DNA from: a virus
DNA length: 64,000 nt
Virus record (IMG/VR): IMGVR_UViG_3300045988_180880
Span: 128,001-192,000 of that record
Strand: one strand, 5' to 3'
In this document: positions 45,318-52,741 of the stretch, in pieces
How positions within the stretch are numbered: the first letter of the stretch is position 1
Layout: every line of letters starts with the position of its first letter
Position numbers and translations under genes: made by a program
Notes under the pieces: model-generated
What the model saw: the letters and a program-made list of their open reading frames with translations, nothing else
What the model was told of the DNA's origin: nothing
Database searches by the model: none

Positions 45318-46210
45318 AATCTATATAATATTTGTGAGTTTTTATTTCCTAGTTCACATCTAATATTTTCTATCAAACCCCTTTTAAGAGTTGGATGAAG
45401 ACCCGACATTGATGTTATAAATAAACACCTTTCTTCAGGATCCTCTATAATACTAAATATTATAGGAAGCATATACATAAGAATTCTAAATCCTGATCCA
45501 TGATCAATTATACTTAATAATCCAGTTGGATCATGATCTGTTATTATCCTCCAGTCTTCAGTTATTTTATTTATTCCAAAACCTAAATCAGGAATAATAT
45601 TTCTTACTTTCTCTTGAACTGATTCAGGATATTTCATGAGTTTTTCAATAAATGGATCAATACCCCATTTAAGTCCTTCACCTGAATCAGCTATTATTAA
45701 ATCTTTTTCAAAAAACTTACCTATTCCATAAGATATATTAGGATAGTCATAGGATAAATTAGAAATAAAAGAAGTAATAAATTTTGTTGATTTATAAACT
45801 TCATATAAATTTAATAAAATTTCTTCATCCTCCCCAGTTCCTTTAAATCCTGCTCCTATACTTATTTCATATTGATCTACATATACAGCTAATTTTTGAT
45901 CTACAACAAGGGATTCAGATATAAACTCATCTAACGTAAAGATAACACTATATCCTATATCATAATCTTCAGAACAAAGAGTTATAGACATCTCAATAGG
46001 TTCTATAGGATCATATGGTCTAAAATCTACTTTACTAACTTTTTTCAGTAAAAATTTACCAATTCCTTTGAGAAATTCATCTAAGGATATATCTACTTTG
46101 TAATCAACATCACTGCTTATTAACTCTGTAAGTCCAGTCGGAGAAAATCCTATTGATATTTCTTCTTTACATGCGAAAAAATTTTTTAATCTTAAATTTT
46201 TTATTCTCAT
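45314..46210 (-). CDS. ABC/SMC-type (AAA_15/21-like) ATPase fold with missing Walker A and Walker B
   Basis: MRIKNLRLKNFFACKEEISIGF mimics the i..l.l.NFrsf....i.f N-terminal strand but is followed by SPTGLTEL instead of G.NgsGKS. The C-terminal LFITSMSGLHPTLKRGLIENI mimics liDEpe.sLHP.l but has no DE. Confidence 0.5.
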   Translation of the reverse strand: MRIKNLRLKNFFACKEEISIGFSPTGLTELISSDVDYKVDISLDEFLKGIGKFLLKKVSKVDFRPYDPIEPIEMSITLCSEDYDIGYSVIFTLDEFISESLVVDQKLAVYVDQYEISIGAGFKGTGEDEEILLNLYEVYKSTKFITSFISNLSYDYPNISYGIGKFFEKDLIIADSGEGLKWGIDPFIEKLMKYPESVQEKVRNIIPDLGFGINKITEDWRIITDHDPTGLLSIIDHGSGFRILMYMLPIIFSIIEDPEERCLFITSMSGLHPTLKRGLIENIRCELGNKNSQILYRL

Positions 46211-46226
46211 TTTAATTTTCTTTGAT

Positions 46227-46237
46227 CATAGTTAAGG
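46227..46237 (-). promoter_or_regulatory. variant promoter motif (minus strand)
   Basis: Plus strand catagttaagg, which is CCTTAACTATG on minus; 17 nt upstream of ATG 46210. Confidence 0.3.
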
Positions 46238-46281
46238 CTATTAGAGTTTTATATCTTTCTTATGTACATTTCCCTTAAAAA

Positions 46282-46292
46282 CCTTATATATG
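46282..46292 (+). promoter_or_regulatory. phage promoter motif
   Basis: ccttatatatg; followed after ~35 nt by a terminator hairpin, not by a gene. Confidence 0.55.
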
Positions 46293-46326
46293 GAAATTAT
46301 TGTTAATGAAAATTGCTTTAGTCAAT

Positions 46327-46362
46327 AAGTCTGGTCTGCGAAGATCGGGCTTATTTTTTTTT
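46327..46362 (+). terminator. rho-independent terminator / attenuator
   Basis: 10-bp stem aagtctggtc / gatcgggctt (three G.U pairs, valid only in plus sense), loop tgcgaa, then a T9 run. Confidence 0.55.
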
Positions 46363-46372
46363 GGCCTGAGAA

Positions 46373-46383
46373 TCTTATACTTG
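46373..46383 (+). promoter_or_regulatory. variant promoter motif
   Basis: tcttatacttg, preceded by cctgagaa as at 25897; ends 19 nt before ATG 46402. Confidence 0.35.
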
Positions 46384-46401
46384 AAATAAAAACCTAAAAG
46401 A

Positions 46402-47073
46402 ATGGAAAGATTAGAACAAATTTTCGAAAATGAAGTATTAAAAAATCTAAAAGAAGGTAAAATTAGTGGGAAATCTATCAAAGAACTTCCAGTATTATTT
46501 GAGAAGAGGAAAAGAAATGATAAATACACCCACTCTGAGTTATCATATATTATGAAACTTAATGACCTAGGAATACCTTATGGATTAATCGCTAAATCTA
46601 TATCTAGAACTGAAACATCCGTTAGAAATAGATGTGTTAAGTTTAGAACAGAAAATGGAACTTATAATAAGGGTCATATAGAAGAAAAATATAATCTTAA
46701 CGATAAATTCTTAAAATATCTTGAAAAAGAAGATAGAGTAATGACTATCTTAGACGCTTATTCGGGGAGTAAGCCATTTTGGACAAAGTATGAAAAAAGA
46801 AGAGTAGTATTAACAAATGATATAAATAAAGATTATCCAGCTAAATTACATTTTCCTGCTGAAGATCTTGTTAAGGTATTATATGAGAAAGAATATGAAT
46901 TTGACGTTGTAGATCTAGATCCATTTAATACTCCAATGAAATGTTTTGATAATGCAATTAAGATTTGTAATAGAGGATTAATCATGACTTTCGGGGATAA
47001 ACGAGGAATAATAAGTAATAAAAACTTAGCAAAAGAACGTTATGGATGTAGGGTCTATGATGAAAGAAAATAA
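46402..47073 (+). CDS. HTH plus Trm1-like (N2-guanine) SAM-dependent methyltransferase, frame-disrupted near the 3' end
   Basis: HTH-like SELSYIMKLNDLGIPYGLIAKSISRTETSVRNRC; ILDAYSGS (motif I); LTNDIN; FDVVDLDPFNTP matches the Trm1 DLDPFGsP motif; GLIMTFGD parallels gGlL.vTaTD. Confidence 0.55.
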   Translation: MERLEQIFENEVLKNLKEGKISGKSIKELPVLFEKRKRNDKYTHSELSYIMKLNDLGIPYGLIAKSISRTETSVRNRCVKFRTENGTYNKGHIEEKYNLNDKFLKYLEKEDRVMTILDAYSGSKPFWTKYEKRRVVLTNDINKDYPAKLHFPAEDLVKVLYEKEYEFDVVDLDPFNTPMKCFDNAIKICNRGLIMTFGDKRGIISNKNLAKERYGCRVYDERK

Positions 47074-47192
47074 TACAACATTATATCAGAAGAGCTAAGA
47101 AATTTGGAGTGAAACTTAGAGTATGGAAATTTGTAAAATGGAAAATGACATGGAGAGTTTACTTTAAAGTACTAACCCCGAGTTCCTTATAA
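47064..47192 (+). CDS. probable C-terminal continuation of the methyltransferase in the -1 frame
   Basis: The frame opened at the A-rich gaaagaaaataat reads KKIIQHYIRRAKKFGVKLRVWKFVKWKMTWRVYFKVLTPSSL. This is protein-like and reminiscent of the Trm1 ..i.r.Aak....i.Pl......y.Rvf.kv segment. Confidence 0.4.
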   Translation, partial: KKIIQHYIRRAKKFGVKLRVWKFVKWKMTWRVYFKVLTPSSL

Positions 47193-47195
47193 ATG
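47185..47195 (+). promoter_or_regulatory. phage promoter motif
   Basis: ccttataaatg; ends 26 nt before ATG 47221. Confidence 0.6.
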
Positions 47196-47220
47196 TATTA
47201 ATAAAAAAAATTAAACAATT

Positions 47221-47604
47221 ATGAAAGTAAGATTTTTATCTACAAAGTTTTATGTGAGCGAAAAAAGAAGAACAGTAACTTGTGTTATGACTGCAAAATT
47301 AGACGATAGAAAGTCTGGTCAAAACAATTTCCGATTTACATGGGAAGGGGAAGAGAGATTCTTAGAACCTTTCGAAGTTATAACAGTTGCCCGTTGTCAC
47401 AAAGATGATAAATTCGATGAGACAAAAGGAAGACGTATCGCTGAATCTAAAGCTAAACGTTTAGTTTATTCAGAAGGAATTCAACGAGGAAGAATGATAC
47501 TAAAAGCAGAAAATGCTTATCGGAAAGAGTTGGAAACATTTGTAGAAAATACAGTAAAGTATAAAGAAAAAGAAGTAGCTCATACATCTATTGTAATGGG
47601 ATAA
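47221..47604 (+). CDS. hypothetical protein
   Basis: 127-aa ORF with ARCHKDDKFDETKGRRIAESKAKR. I recognise the pattern from phage hypothetical proteins but cannot name a family. Confidence 0.65.
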   Translation: MKVRFLSTKFYVSEKRRTVTCVMTAKLDDRKSGQNNFRFTWEGEERFLEPFEVITVARCHKDDKFDETKGRRIAESKAKRLVYSEGIQRGRMILKAENAYRKELETFVENTVKYKEKEVAHTSIVMG

Positions 47605-47615
47605 AAAAGAAAATA

Positions 47616-47657
47616 AGAGAGGATTTAACTTGACTTTTAATTAGTCAAGACCTCTCT
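47616..47657. terminator. conserved nested-hairpin bidirectional terminator (family copy 3, inverted orientation)
   Basis: agagagg-atttaa-cttgac-ttttaatta-gtcaaga-cctctct between convergent genes ending at 47604 (+) and 47666 (-). Confidence 0.7.
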
Positions 47658-47665
47658 TATTATTT

Positions 47666-47926
47666 TTATAGTCCTTCAGCAACTGAATTAAGAATCGAAT
47701 CTAGGATCACCTTTTCAGTTGTTGTTTTTATTTTCTCCATTTTATATTCACCAGTACCTAAATAAATTATAGTATATTCGATAATATCTGAAGATTCTCT
47801 TTTCAGTTCAAATAAAACCATAGATGAATATACTAAAGTTATTTGATCAGGATAATCATTAGCAACGTACAAAGGATCTCCAAAAACATCTGATATTTCT
47901 TTAACTATATTCTTCAGATTTATCAT
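47666..47926 (-). CDS. hypothetical protein
   Basis: 86-aa ORF; first (most 3') gene of a long minus-strand operon with overlapping stops and starts. Confidence 0.6.
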   Translation of the reverse strand: MINLKNIVKEISDVFGDPLYVANDYPDQITLVYSSMVLFELKRESSDIIEYTIIYLGTGEYKMEKIKTTTEKVILDSILNSVAEGL

Positions 47927-48213
47927 AATGCTGCTAAGTAACGATATATATAATTCTCAATATCTTCATAGGATATAGTGATAAGTTCTTCAGTTGGAAG
48001 TTCACCTTCTGGTTCAGTTCTAATTATATACATAGGTACTTTAGAAGCATCAGGTCCTATCTCATCAGAATGAATTAAGAATACTGTTGGAATTCTTACT
48101 CCAGTTAGTTGTAGATAATGAGTCTTAACAACTGTAGAATAATATTGAAATGACCCTTTCCCTAGCTCTTTACATATATTTTCGAAAATCTTAGTAATTC
48201 TTTTATTTTCCAT
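47923..48213 (-). CDS. hypothetical protein
   Basis: 96-aa ORF; ATGA-type coupling. Confidence 0.6.
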   Translation of the reverse strand: MENKRITKIFENICKELGKGSFQYYSTVVKTHYLQLTGVRIPTVFLIHSDEIGPDASKVPMYIIRTEPEGELPTEELITISYEDIENYIYRYLAAL

Positions 48214-48668
48214 TAGTATCTAAAATCTCGATAAGATTTGTAAAAATAGTAATACCCTGGACCTCCATTTAAAGTTGGTCTTGGATCTACTCTAAATACT
48301 AAAAATTCCGGTGGAAGTGGTGGAAGCTGAATTGTATCTCTCCATCTAAACTTTATACGTTCTGGATCTCTTTGACTATCTAAACCAACTCCAATACCTT
48401 CTATATAACACAATCCATTATCTAAAATCTTTAACATCAAAGGAGCTTCATCTCCAATTGCACCTGATTCTACATAAGGATCATATATAAATATCTCACC
48501 AGGTTTTAGATTTTGATATTCCATAAGACTAAGATGATCATTTCCTATTCCTGGAAATCCAAGTTTCATTTCTGTCATTCTGGACTTCATTTTATTAACT
48601 TGATCTGGCCAAGTCTTAGAAAAACCTCTTTTTCTGGCGAATTTTATAAGAATATCATCATTTACCAT
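48213..48668 (-). CDS. hypothetical protein
   Basis: 151-aa ORF. Confidence 0.6.
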   Translation of the reverse strand: MVNDDILIKFARKRGFSKTWPDQVNKMKSRMTEMKLGFPGIGNDHLSLMEYQNLKPGEIFIYDPYVESGAIGDEAPLMLKILDNGLCYIEGIGVGLDSQRDPERIKFRWRDTIQLPPLPPEFLVFRVDPRPTLNGGPGYYYFYKSYRDFRY

Positions 48669-49248
48669 TTCTTATATAATTTTTAATATATTTATAAACA
48701 TCTGTAATTAACCCTGTAGTCTCTTTATCTTGAAATAATTCATCAGATATTAAATTATCATCTACTAAATCTTTCAAAAGCTTTGTTATATCATCACTGT
48801 TACTAAATGAAACTATATTTGTTATATGATAATATTGAGACTTATCTCCGATATATGTAAAAGTTAATTTGACATATGGAAGTCTTACTAAATCATATGA
48901 ACCATCCTGATTTTGAGACTCTGAAATCAAACATTCTCCTGAAATATTAGTATAACTGTAAAGATCAAGAATTGTTTTTCCTGGAATACATTTAAGATAA
49001 TTAAAATTCTTTACTATTTCGGTGTCCGAACTTCCTCCAGTAACCACTACATTATTATGCATCTTAGAATGTGTTTCTGTTTTCTTAAAGAATCCAAAAA
49101 CTTTTTTCTCTGTTGTGTACTTTTCTTCATAAACAAAGTAGAACTTATGATCTTCAAGTTTTAATGATTCTGGATTTATTTCTATCTTTGTAACTCTATA
49201 ATCTTTAATTGAGGGTAAGTCGTTAAATAATCTTCCTATTTTCATCAT
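48658..49248 (-). CDS. hypothetical protein, tandem paralog
   Basis: DGSYDLVRLPYVKLTF...LLKDLVDDNLISDELFQDKETTGLI parallels the neighbour's DGSYKVYRLPYIIIYY...LLYEKGLLTDKDLFYDRTSSKLI. Confidence 0.6.
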   Translation of the reverse strand: MMKIGRLFNDLPSIKDYRVTKIEINPESLKLEDHKFYFVYEEKYTTEKKVFGFFKKTETHSKMHNNVVVTGGSSDTEIVKNFNYLKCIPGKTILDLYSYTNISGECLISESQNQDGSYDLVRLPYVKLTFTYIGDKSQYYHITNIVSFSNSDDITKLLKDLVDDNLISDELFQDKETTGLITDVYKYIKNYIRNGK

Positions 49249-49742
49249 AATTTAACATTTTTTATTAATTTACTTGAAGTTCTATCATAAAATAAATCCT
49301 TATCAGTAAGTAGACCCTTTTCATATAATAGATTAAGAAACTCATTTAATTCTTTTTCTGTTTTAAATGTATATTCTTTTCTTCTTATATTATTCCCATA
49401 CATATCGATTTTATAGTAAATTATAATATATGGAAGTCTATATACTTTATAAGATCCATCAGAATACATATCTTCTCCTATTATTCCATCCTTAACACCA
49501 CAATAAAATACTGAATTTGGAAGTCTTATAGATTGTCCCGGTTCAATATTTTCATATTTTCTAGATTCTTGTGAGTAAATCATATCTCTCATATAATTCT
49601 TTTGACGACATTTGATAAACCCAAGGAACTTTTTTGTATATTCTGGATAAAATCGATATCTTTCTTCTAAAACAATTGATTTTTCAATTGATACTGAGAT
49701 AATCAATTCTTTTGTAAAAATTAATTTTTCTAATGTTATCAT
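49245..49742 (-). CDS. hypothetical protein, tandem paralog
   Basis: See 48658. I prefer the start MITLEKL at 49742 (ATGA overlap with the upstream stop) to the longer 49775 start. Confidence 0.6.
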   Translation of the reverse strand: MITLEKLIFTKELIISVSIEKSIVLEERYRFYPEYTKKFLGFIKCRQKNYMRDMIYSQESRKYENIEPGQSIRLPNSVFYCGVKDGIIGEDMYSDGSYKVYRLPYIIIYYKIDMYGNNIRRKEYTFKTEKELNEFLNLLYEKGLLTDKDLFYDRTSSKLIKNVKL

Positions 49743-50134
49743 AATAGTAAAAGTAGTTTTTCTGGTCGATCCCAATAAGCTTCTATTGCTGATTTCAAAT
49801 ATTCATATGCATTAGTCTTTGGGATGTCAGGATTGTAATGTAAAATGAAATCTCGAATTTTCATTCTATACATTCTAAATTTCTTCAACATAAAATCATT
49901 ATCTCCACCTGGACACTCTGGATTTTGATAAGCTTGTTCCTTGTAAGACTGAATAATATTATACAATCTATCTCCAAGTTCAATACTATAACCAGCAGAA
50001 TATGGTCCTTGGTTATGATTTTCTTCAATTAATTTTCCAGATTCCCAAGCTTCTTTTTTATACTCTACTTCTTTTCTAACGTTTCTAAGATATCTTTGAT
50101 GACGTCTTTCTTTTTTTCTTTTACTACTAGTCAT
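49739..50134 (-). CDS. hypothetical protein
   Basis: 131-aa ORF with a basic N-terminus. Confidence 0.6.
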   Translation of the reverse strand: MTSSKRKKERRHQRYLRNVRKEVEYKKEAWESGKLIEENHNQGPYSAGYSIELGDRLYNIIQSYKEQAYQNPECPGGDNDFMLKKFRMYRMKIRDFILHYNPDIPKTNAYEYLKSAIEAYWDRPEKLLLLL

Positions 50135-50691
50135 ACTGTTCTTTTATATATGAATAATTTATCTTTATTACCATCTATTACAAACTTCCAATCTTTCCGA
50201 AATATTACTTTAAGGAAATCAATATAATCAGAAAAACCGATCCCAAGTTGAGGTTTCATCCCATTTAAGAATATTTTATCAACTGAAGATATTCTTATAG
50301 TTCCATAATAACCTTGTAAATTTTCACGAGGGTCTTTTAATACAGGATTAACGGAAGCAACAATATTACTAATTTTATAGTCAGTTACTATAACTTCAAT
50401 ACATTTCCGTATAGATTTAACATATTCCTTATACTCTTTTGACCCTAAAGTTCTCTTAAGATCATAGGCTGCATATAAAACATCATAATTAATGCTTCTA
50501 CACAACTCTTCTCCATACTGATAAAAAATATCTATAAAACTAGAATAAGGTGAATCATCAATAATATCTAAGATCTCAGATTTTCTAGGATAACCAATAA
50601 AAGCTTCGAATTTAGTTTGAATACACCAACCCTCATTATTTAAAATCGAGAGTAAAGTTTTAAGTTGTTCAATATTAGTACTTTCACTCAT
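50131..50691 (-). CDS. hypothetical protein
   Basis: 186-aa ORF. Confidence 0.6.
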   Translation of the reverse strand: MSESTNIEQLKTLLSILNNEGWCIQTKFEAFIGYPRKSEILDIIDDSPYSSFIDIFYQYGEELCRSINYDVLYAAYDLKRTLGSKEYKEYVKSIRKCIEVIVTDYKISNIVASVNPVLKDPRENLQGYYGTIRISSVDKIFLNGMKPQLGIGFSDYIDFLKVIFRKDWKFVIDGNKDKLFIYKRTV

Positions 50692-51028
50692 CGAAAACTT
50701 GTTCTTCTGAAATTGGTAATACTGGAAGTTGCTGAATTTCTTCGGGAGTCATAAGGATCTCTGCTACCTTCATAATAACCTCCTCACACTCTTCCGATTT
50801 TACTTTTGGAGGAATTGTTCTTACTATCCTTCCAAATAATTCCTTAATATCTTTATATTTTTCAGTATCAGGAAGACTTAGAGATAAAGTTCTAGTATCT
50901 TGTCTAAGTCCTCGTACTGTGTGAATATATTGACATCTAGGACGATTATCAATTCTTCTATAATAAATTATGTTTCTAGCTCTAGCTAAAATACAATTTA
51001 TTCTAAAGTCCATTTCTTGTTCGTTCAT
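50684..51028 (-). CDS. hypothetical protein
   Basis: 114-aa ORF. Confidence 0.6.
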   Translation of the reverse strand: MNEQEMDFRINCILARARNIIYYRRIDNRPRCQYIHTVRGLRQDTRTLSLSLPDTEKYKDIKELFGRIVRTIPPKVKSEECEEVIMKVAEILMTPEEIQQLPVLPISEEQVFDE

Positions 51029-51034
51029 AATTTT

Positions 51035-51562
51035 TTATATATTTTTAATTACATTATTAAGGGATTCAAATCTTTTCGGATCACTATTTATAAATCTTCT
51101 ATAAAATATTTCTTTTTCTACAGCGTAACCTAATTCAAAATAATTTATTAAAGAATAACCCATAACGATACCAGTACCAATATCACTGAAACGAATAGAA
51201 AAAACATCTCTTAATCTATTATTTCCATCAAAAAACCAAAACTCATTCTGTTGATTTACTCCAATAAAATTACCTAAGAGATCAAAATACTTAGATTTAT
51301 ATAATCCTTCCATTGCTTTAGAAGATAAAATTTCTAATTTCTGATCTGTCTCCCATAAATACTCTTTAATTTCAAGAGACCTAAGTTCTCCGAGAGTTGG
51401 AAAAAGAATATTAGTATAATTATTCCAATCAGCCCAAGGAATTAAAATTTCTAGGTCTTTTCCATACAAAGGTGGTTTTTCTGGATTTACTTTCAAACAT
51501 TTTTCATACAACTGTAATCCTTTTTTTACATCCGAAGTATAAATTGAAATATAACTAATCAT
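51035..51562 (-). CDS. hypothetical protein
   Basis: 175-aa ORF. Confidence 0.6.
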   Translation of the reverse strand: MISYISIYTSDVKKGLQLYEKCLKVNPEKPPLYGKDLEILIPWADWNNYTNILFPTLGELRSLEIKEYLWETDQKLEILSSKAMEGLYKSKYFDLLGNFIGVNQQNEFWFFDGNNRLRDVFSIRFSDIGTGIVMGYSLINYFELGYAVEKEIFYRRFINSDPKRFESLNNVIKNI

Positions 51563-52094
51563 AATTACTACTAACTGCTATATATCTATTATTATCTAGA
51601 TCTACTAATACTAAACATATTTTACCACCTGACATATAAAATAAATCACCTTCCCAAAATTCATTCCTATTAACTCCAACTTCTTTCCAAGCTTTTCTAA
51701 AGGATGTTATTAAATAATCTTTAGTATAAAAGTTAGTTATTGTAGATGATTTAGATATATTAACAATCTCTATAAACTTTTTAGAAATCGAACTTCCTGA
51801 AATAAATCCAAAAGGCATAACTAATTCTTCTAGGTCTTTCTTTAATGATAGCATCCTCGAAACATTAAGATATTTCTCATTAATTGGATGTGTCGGTTCT
51901 TTTACTTCTCCTAAACTAAAGAAATAATCATATAGCTCAGAAAATTCAGGATAAAACTCTTCAATTATCTTAGGATCCGCTGTTATAAGTTCGGCCGTAT
52001 TATTTTCCCATCTAACCTTACAATACTGTCTGAATTTCTTATTTAAATCTAATCCAGAACATAATACTCCCAATAAAAATCTACTATCTCTCAT
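51555..52094 (-). CDS. hypothetical protein, paralog of the frame-disrupted 52084-52684 gene
   Basis: LDLNKKFRQYCK...IIEEFYPEFSELYDYFFSL parallels VSLDQKFYEYCK...AVQEFYPEFHIF/ELFFCL. Confidence 0.6.
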   Translation of the reverse strand: MRDSRFLLGVLCSGLDLNKKFRQYCKVRWENNTAELITADPKIIEEFYPEFSELYDYFFSLGEVKEPTHPINEKYLNVSRMLSLKKDLEELVMPFGFISGSSISKKFIEIVNISKSSTITNFYTKDYLITSFRKAWKEVGVNRNEFWEGDLFYMSGGKICLVLVDLDNNRYIAVSSNYD

Positions 52095-52548
52095 TGTCGT
52101 GTATGATATAATTTGTTAAATATGGAGTAATTACAAAACGGCCGGAAGAAAACAGCGAAATATCTAAAACCTTGATCCTCCAATCTCTCTCAGGTGGTAA
52201 AGGAAATTCATCATTATTTTCAAAAGTAGTGTAATTATGTCCATAAGGTAGACTTTCTTTATAAAAGCTATCTAACCCGGAGATATTTACTCTTGCATCA
52301 TTCCCATCACTTATAAAAGGATTACTCAAAAGAGTTTTAAAACTCTTTTCTAGGTTTCTTGTAAAATCATGTTTGAATGTTTTGACCTCCGTTTCTATTT
52401 CTCTACCACCAAAAGAATATTTACTTGAAAAATATCTATATATCTCCTTAAGTCTGGTGAAAGAGATCTTATAATCAAACTTTCCTCCCGTTAAACAAAA
52501 AAACAGTTCGAAAAATATGAAACTCTGGATAAAATTCCTGAACTGCAT
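52084..52548 (-). CDS. C-terminal part of a frame-disrupted paralog
   Basis: The frame reads ..FIFFELFFCLTGGKFDYKISF.... Homology to the 51555 paralog begins at ELFFCL, so the annotated Met is probably not the true start. Confidence 0.5.
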   Translation of the reverse strand: MQFRNFIQSFIFFELFFCLTGGKFDYKISFTRLKEIYRYFSSKYSFGGREIETEVKTFKHDFTRNLEKSFKTLLSNPFISDGNDARVNISGLDSFYKESLPYGHNYTTFENNDEFPLPPERDWRIKVLDISLFSSGRFVITPYLTNYIIHDNER

Positions 52549-52684
52549 CAGAAACTACAGGCTCAAGAGAATCATTAAAAGGTGTTGTAATATACTCTTG
52601 ATAGAACTTACAGTATTCATAAAATTTTTGATCCAATGAAACCTCAGGATCTGATAGGATATTTATTATATTATTCTCTTCCAT
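52475..52684 (-). CDS. N-terminal part of a frame-disrupted paralog
   Basis: MEENNIINILSDPEVSLDQKFYEYCKFYQEY...AVQEFYPEFHIF. The frame then diverges at a T5 run (plus-strand A5 at 52511-52515). Confidence 0.5.
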   Translation of the reverse strand: MEENNIINILSDPEVSLDQKFYEYCKFYQEYITTPFNDSLEPVVSDAVQEFYPEFHIFRTVFLFNGRKV

Positions 52685-52741
52685 AATAAAAAATAAAAAG
52701 AGCTGCCTGGAAATTCCAAACAACTCTCTTGATTACTATTT

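Noticed and set aside
46284-46529. 81-aa minus-strand ORF
   Set aside because: It spans the plus-strand promoter/terminator region and the 5' end of 46402-47073. It is low-complexity with no upstream signal.
49743-49775. Longer start (MGSTRKTTFTI...) for the 49245 gene
   Set aside because: The internal Met at 49742 forms an ATGA overlap with the upstream stop, as in most genes of this operon, and the extension overlaps 49739-50134.
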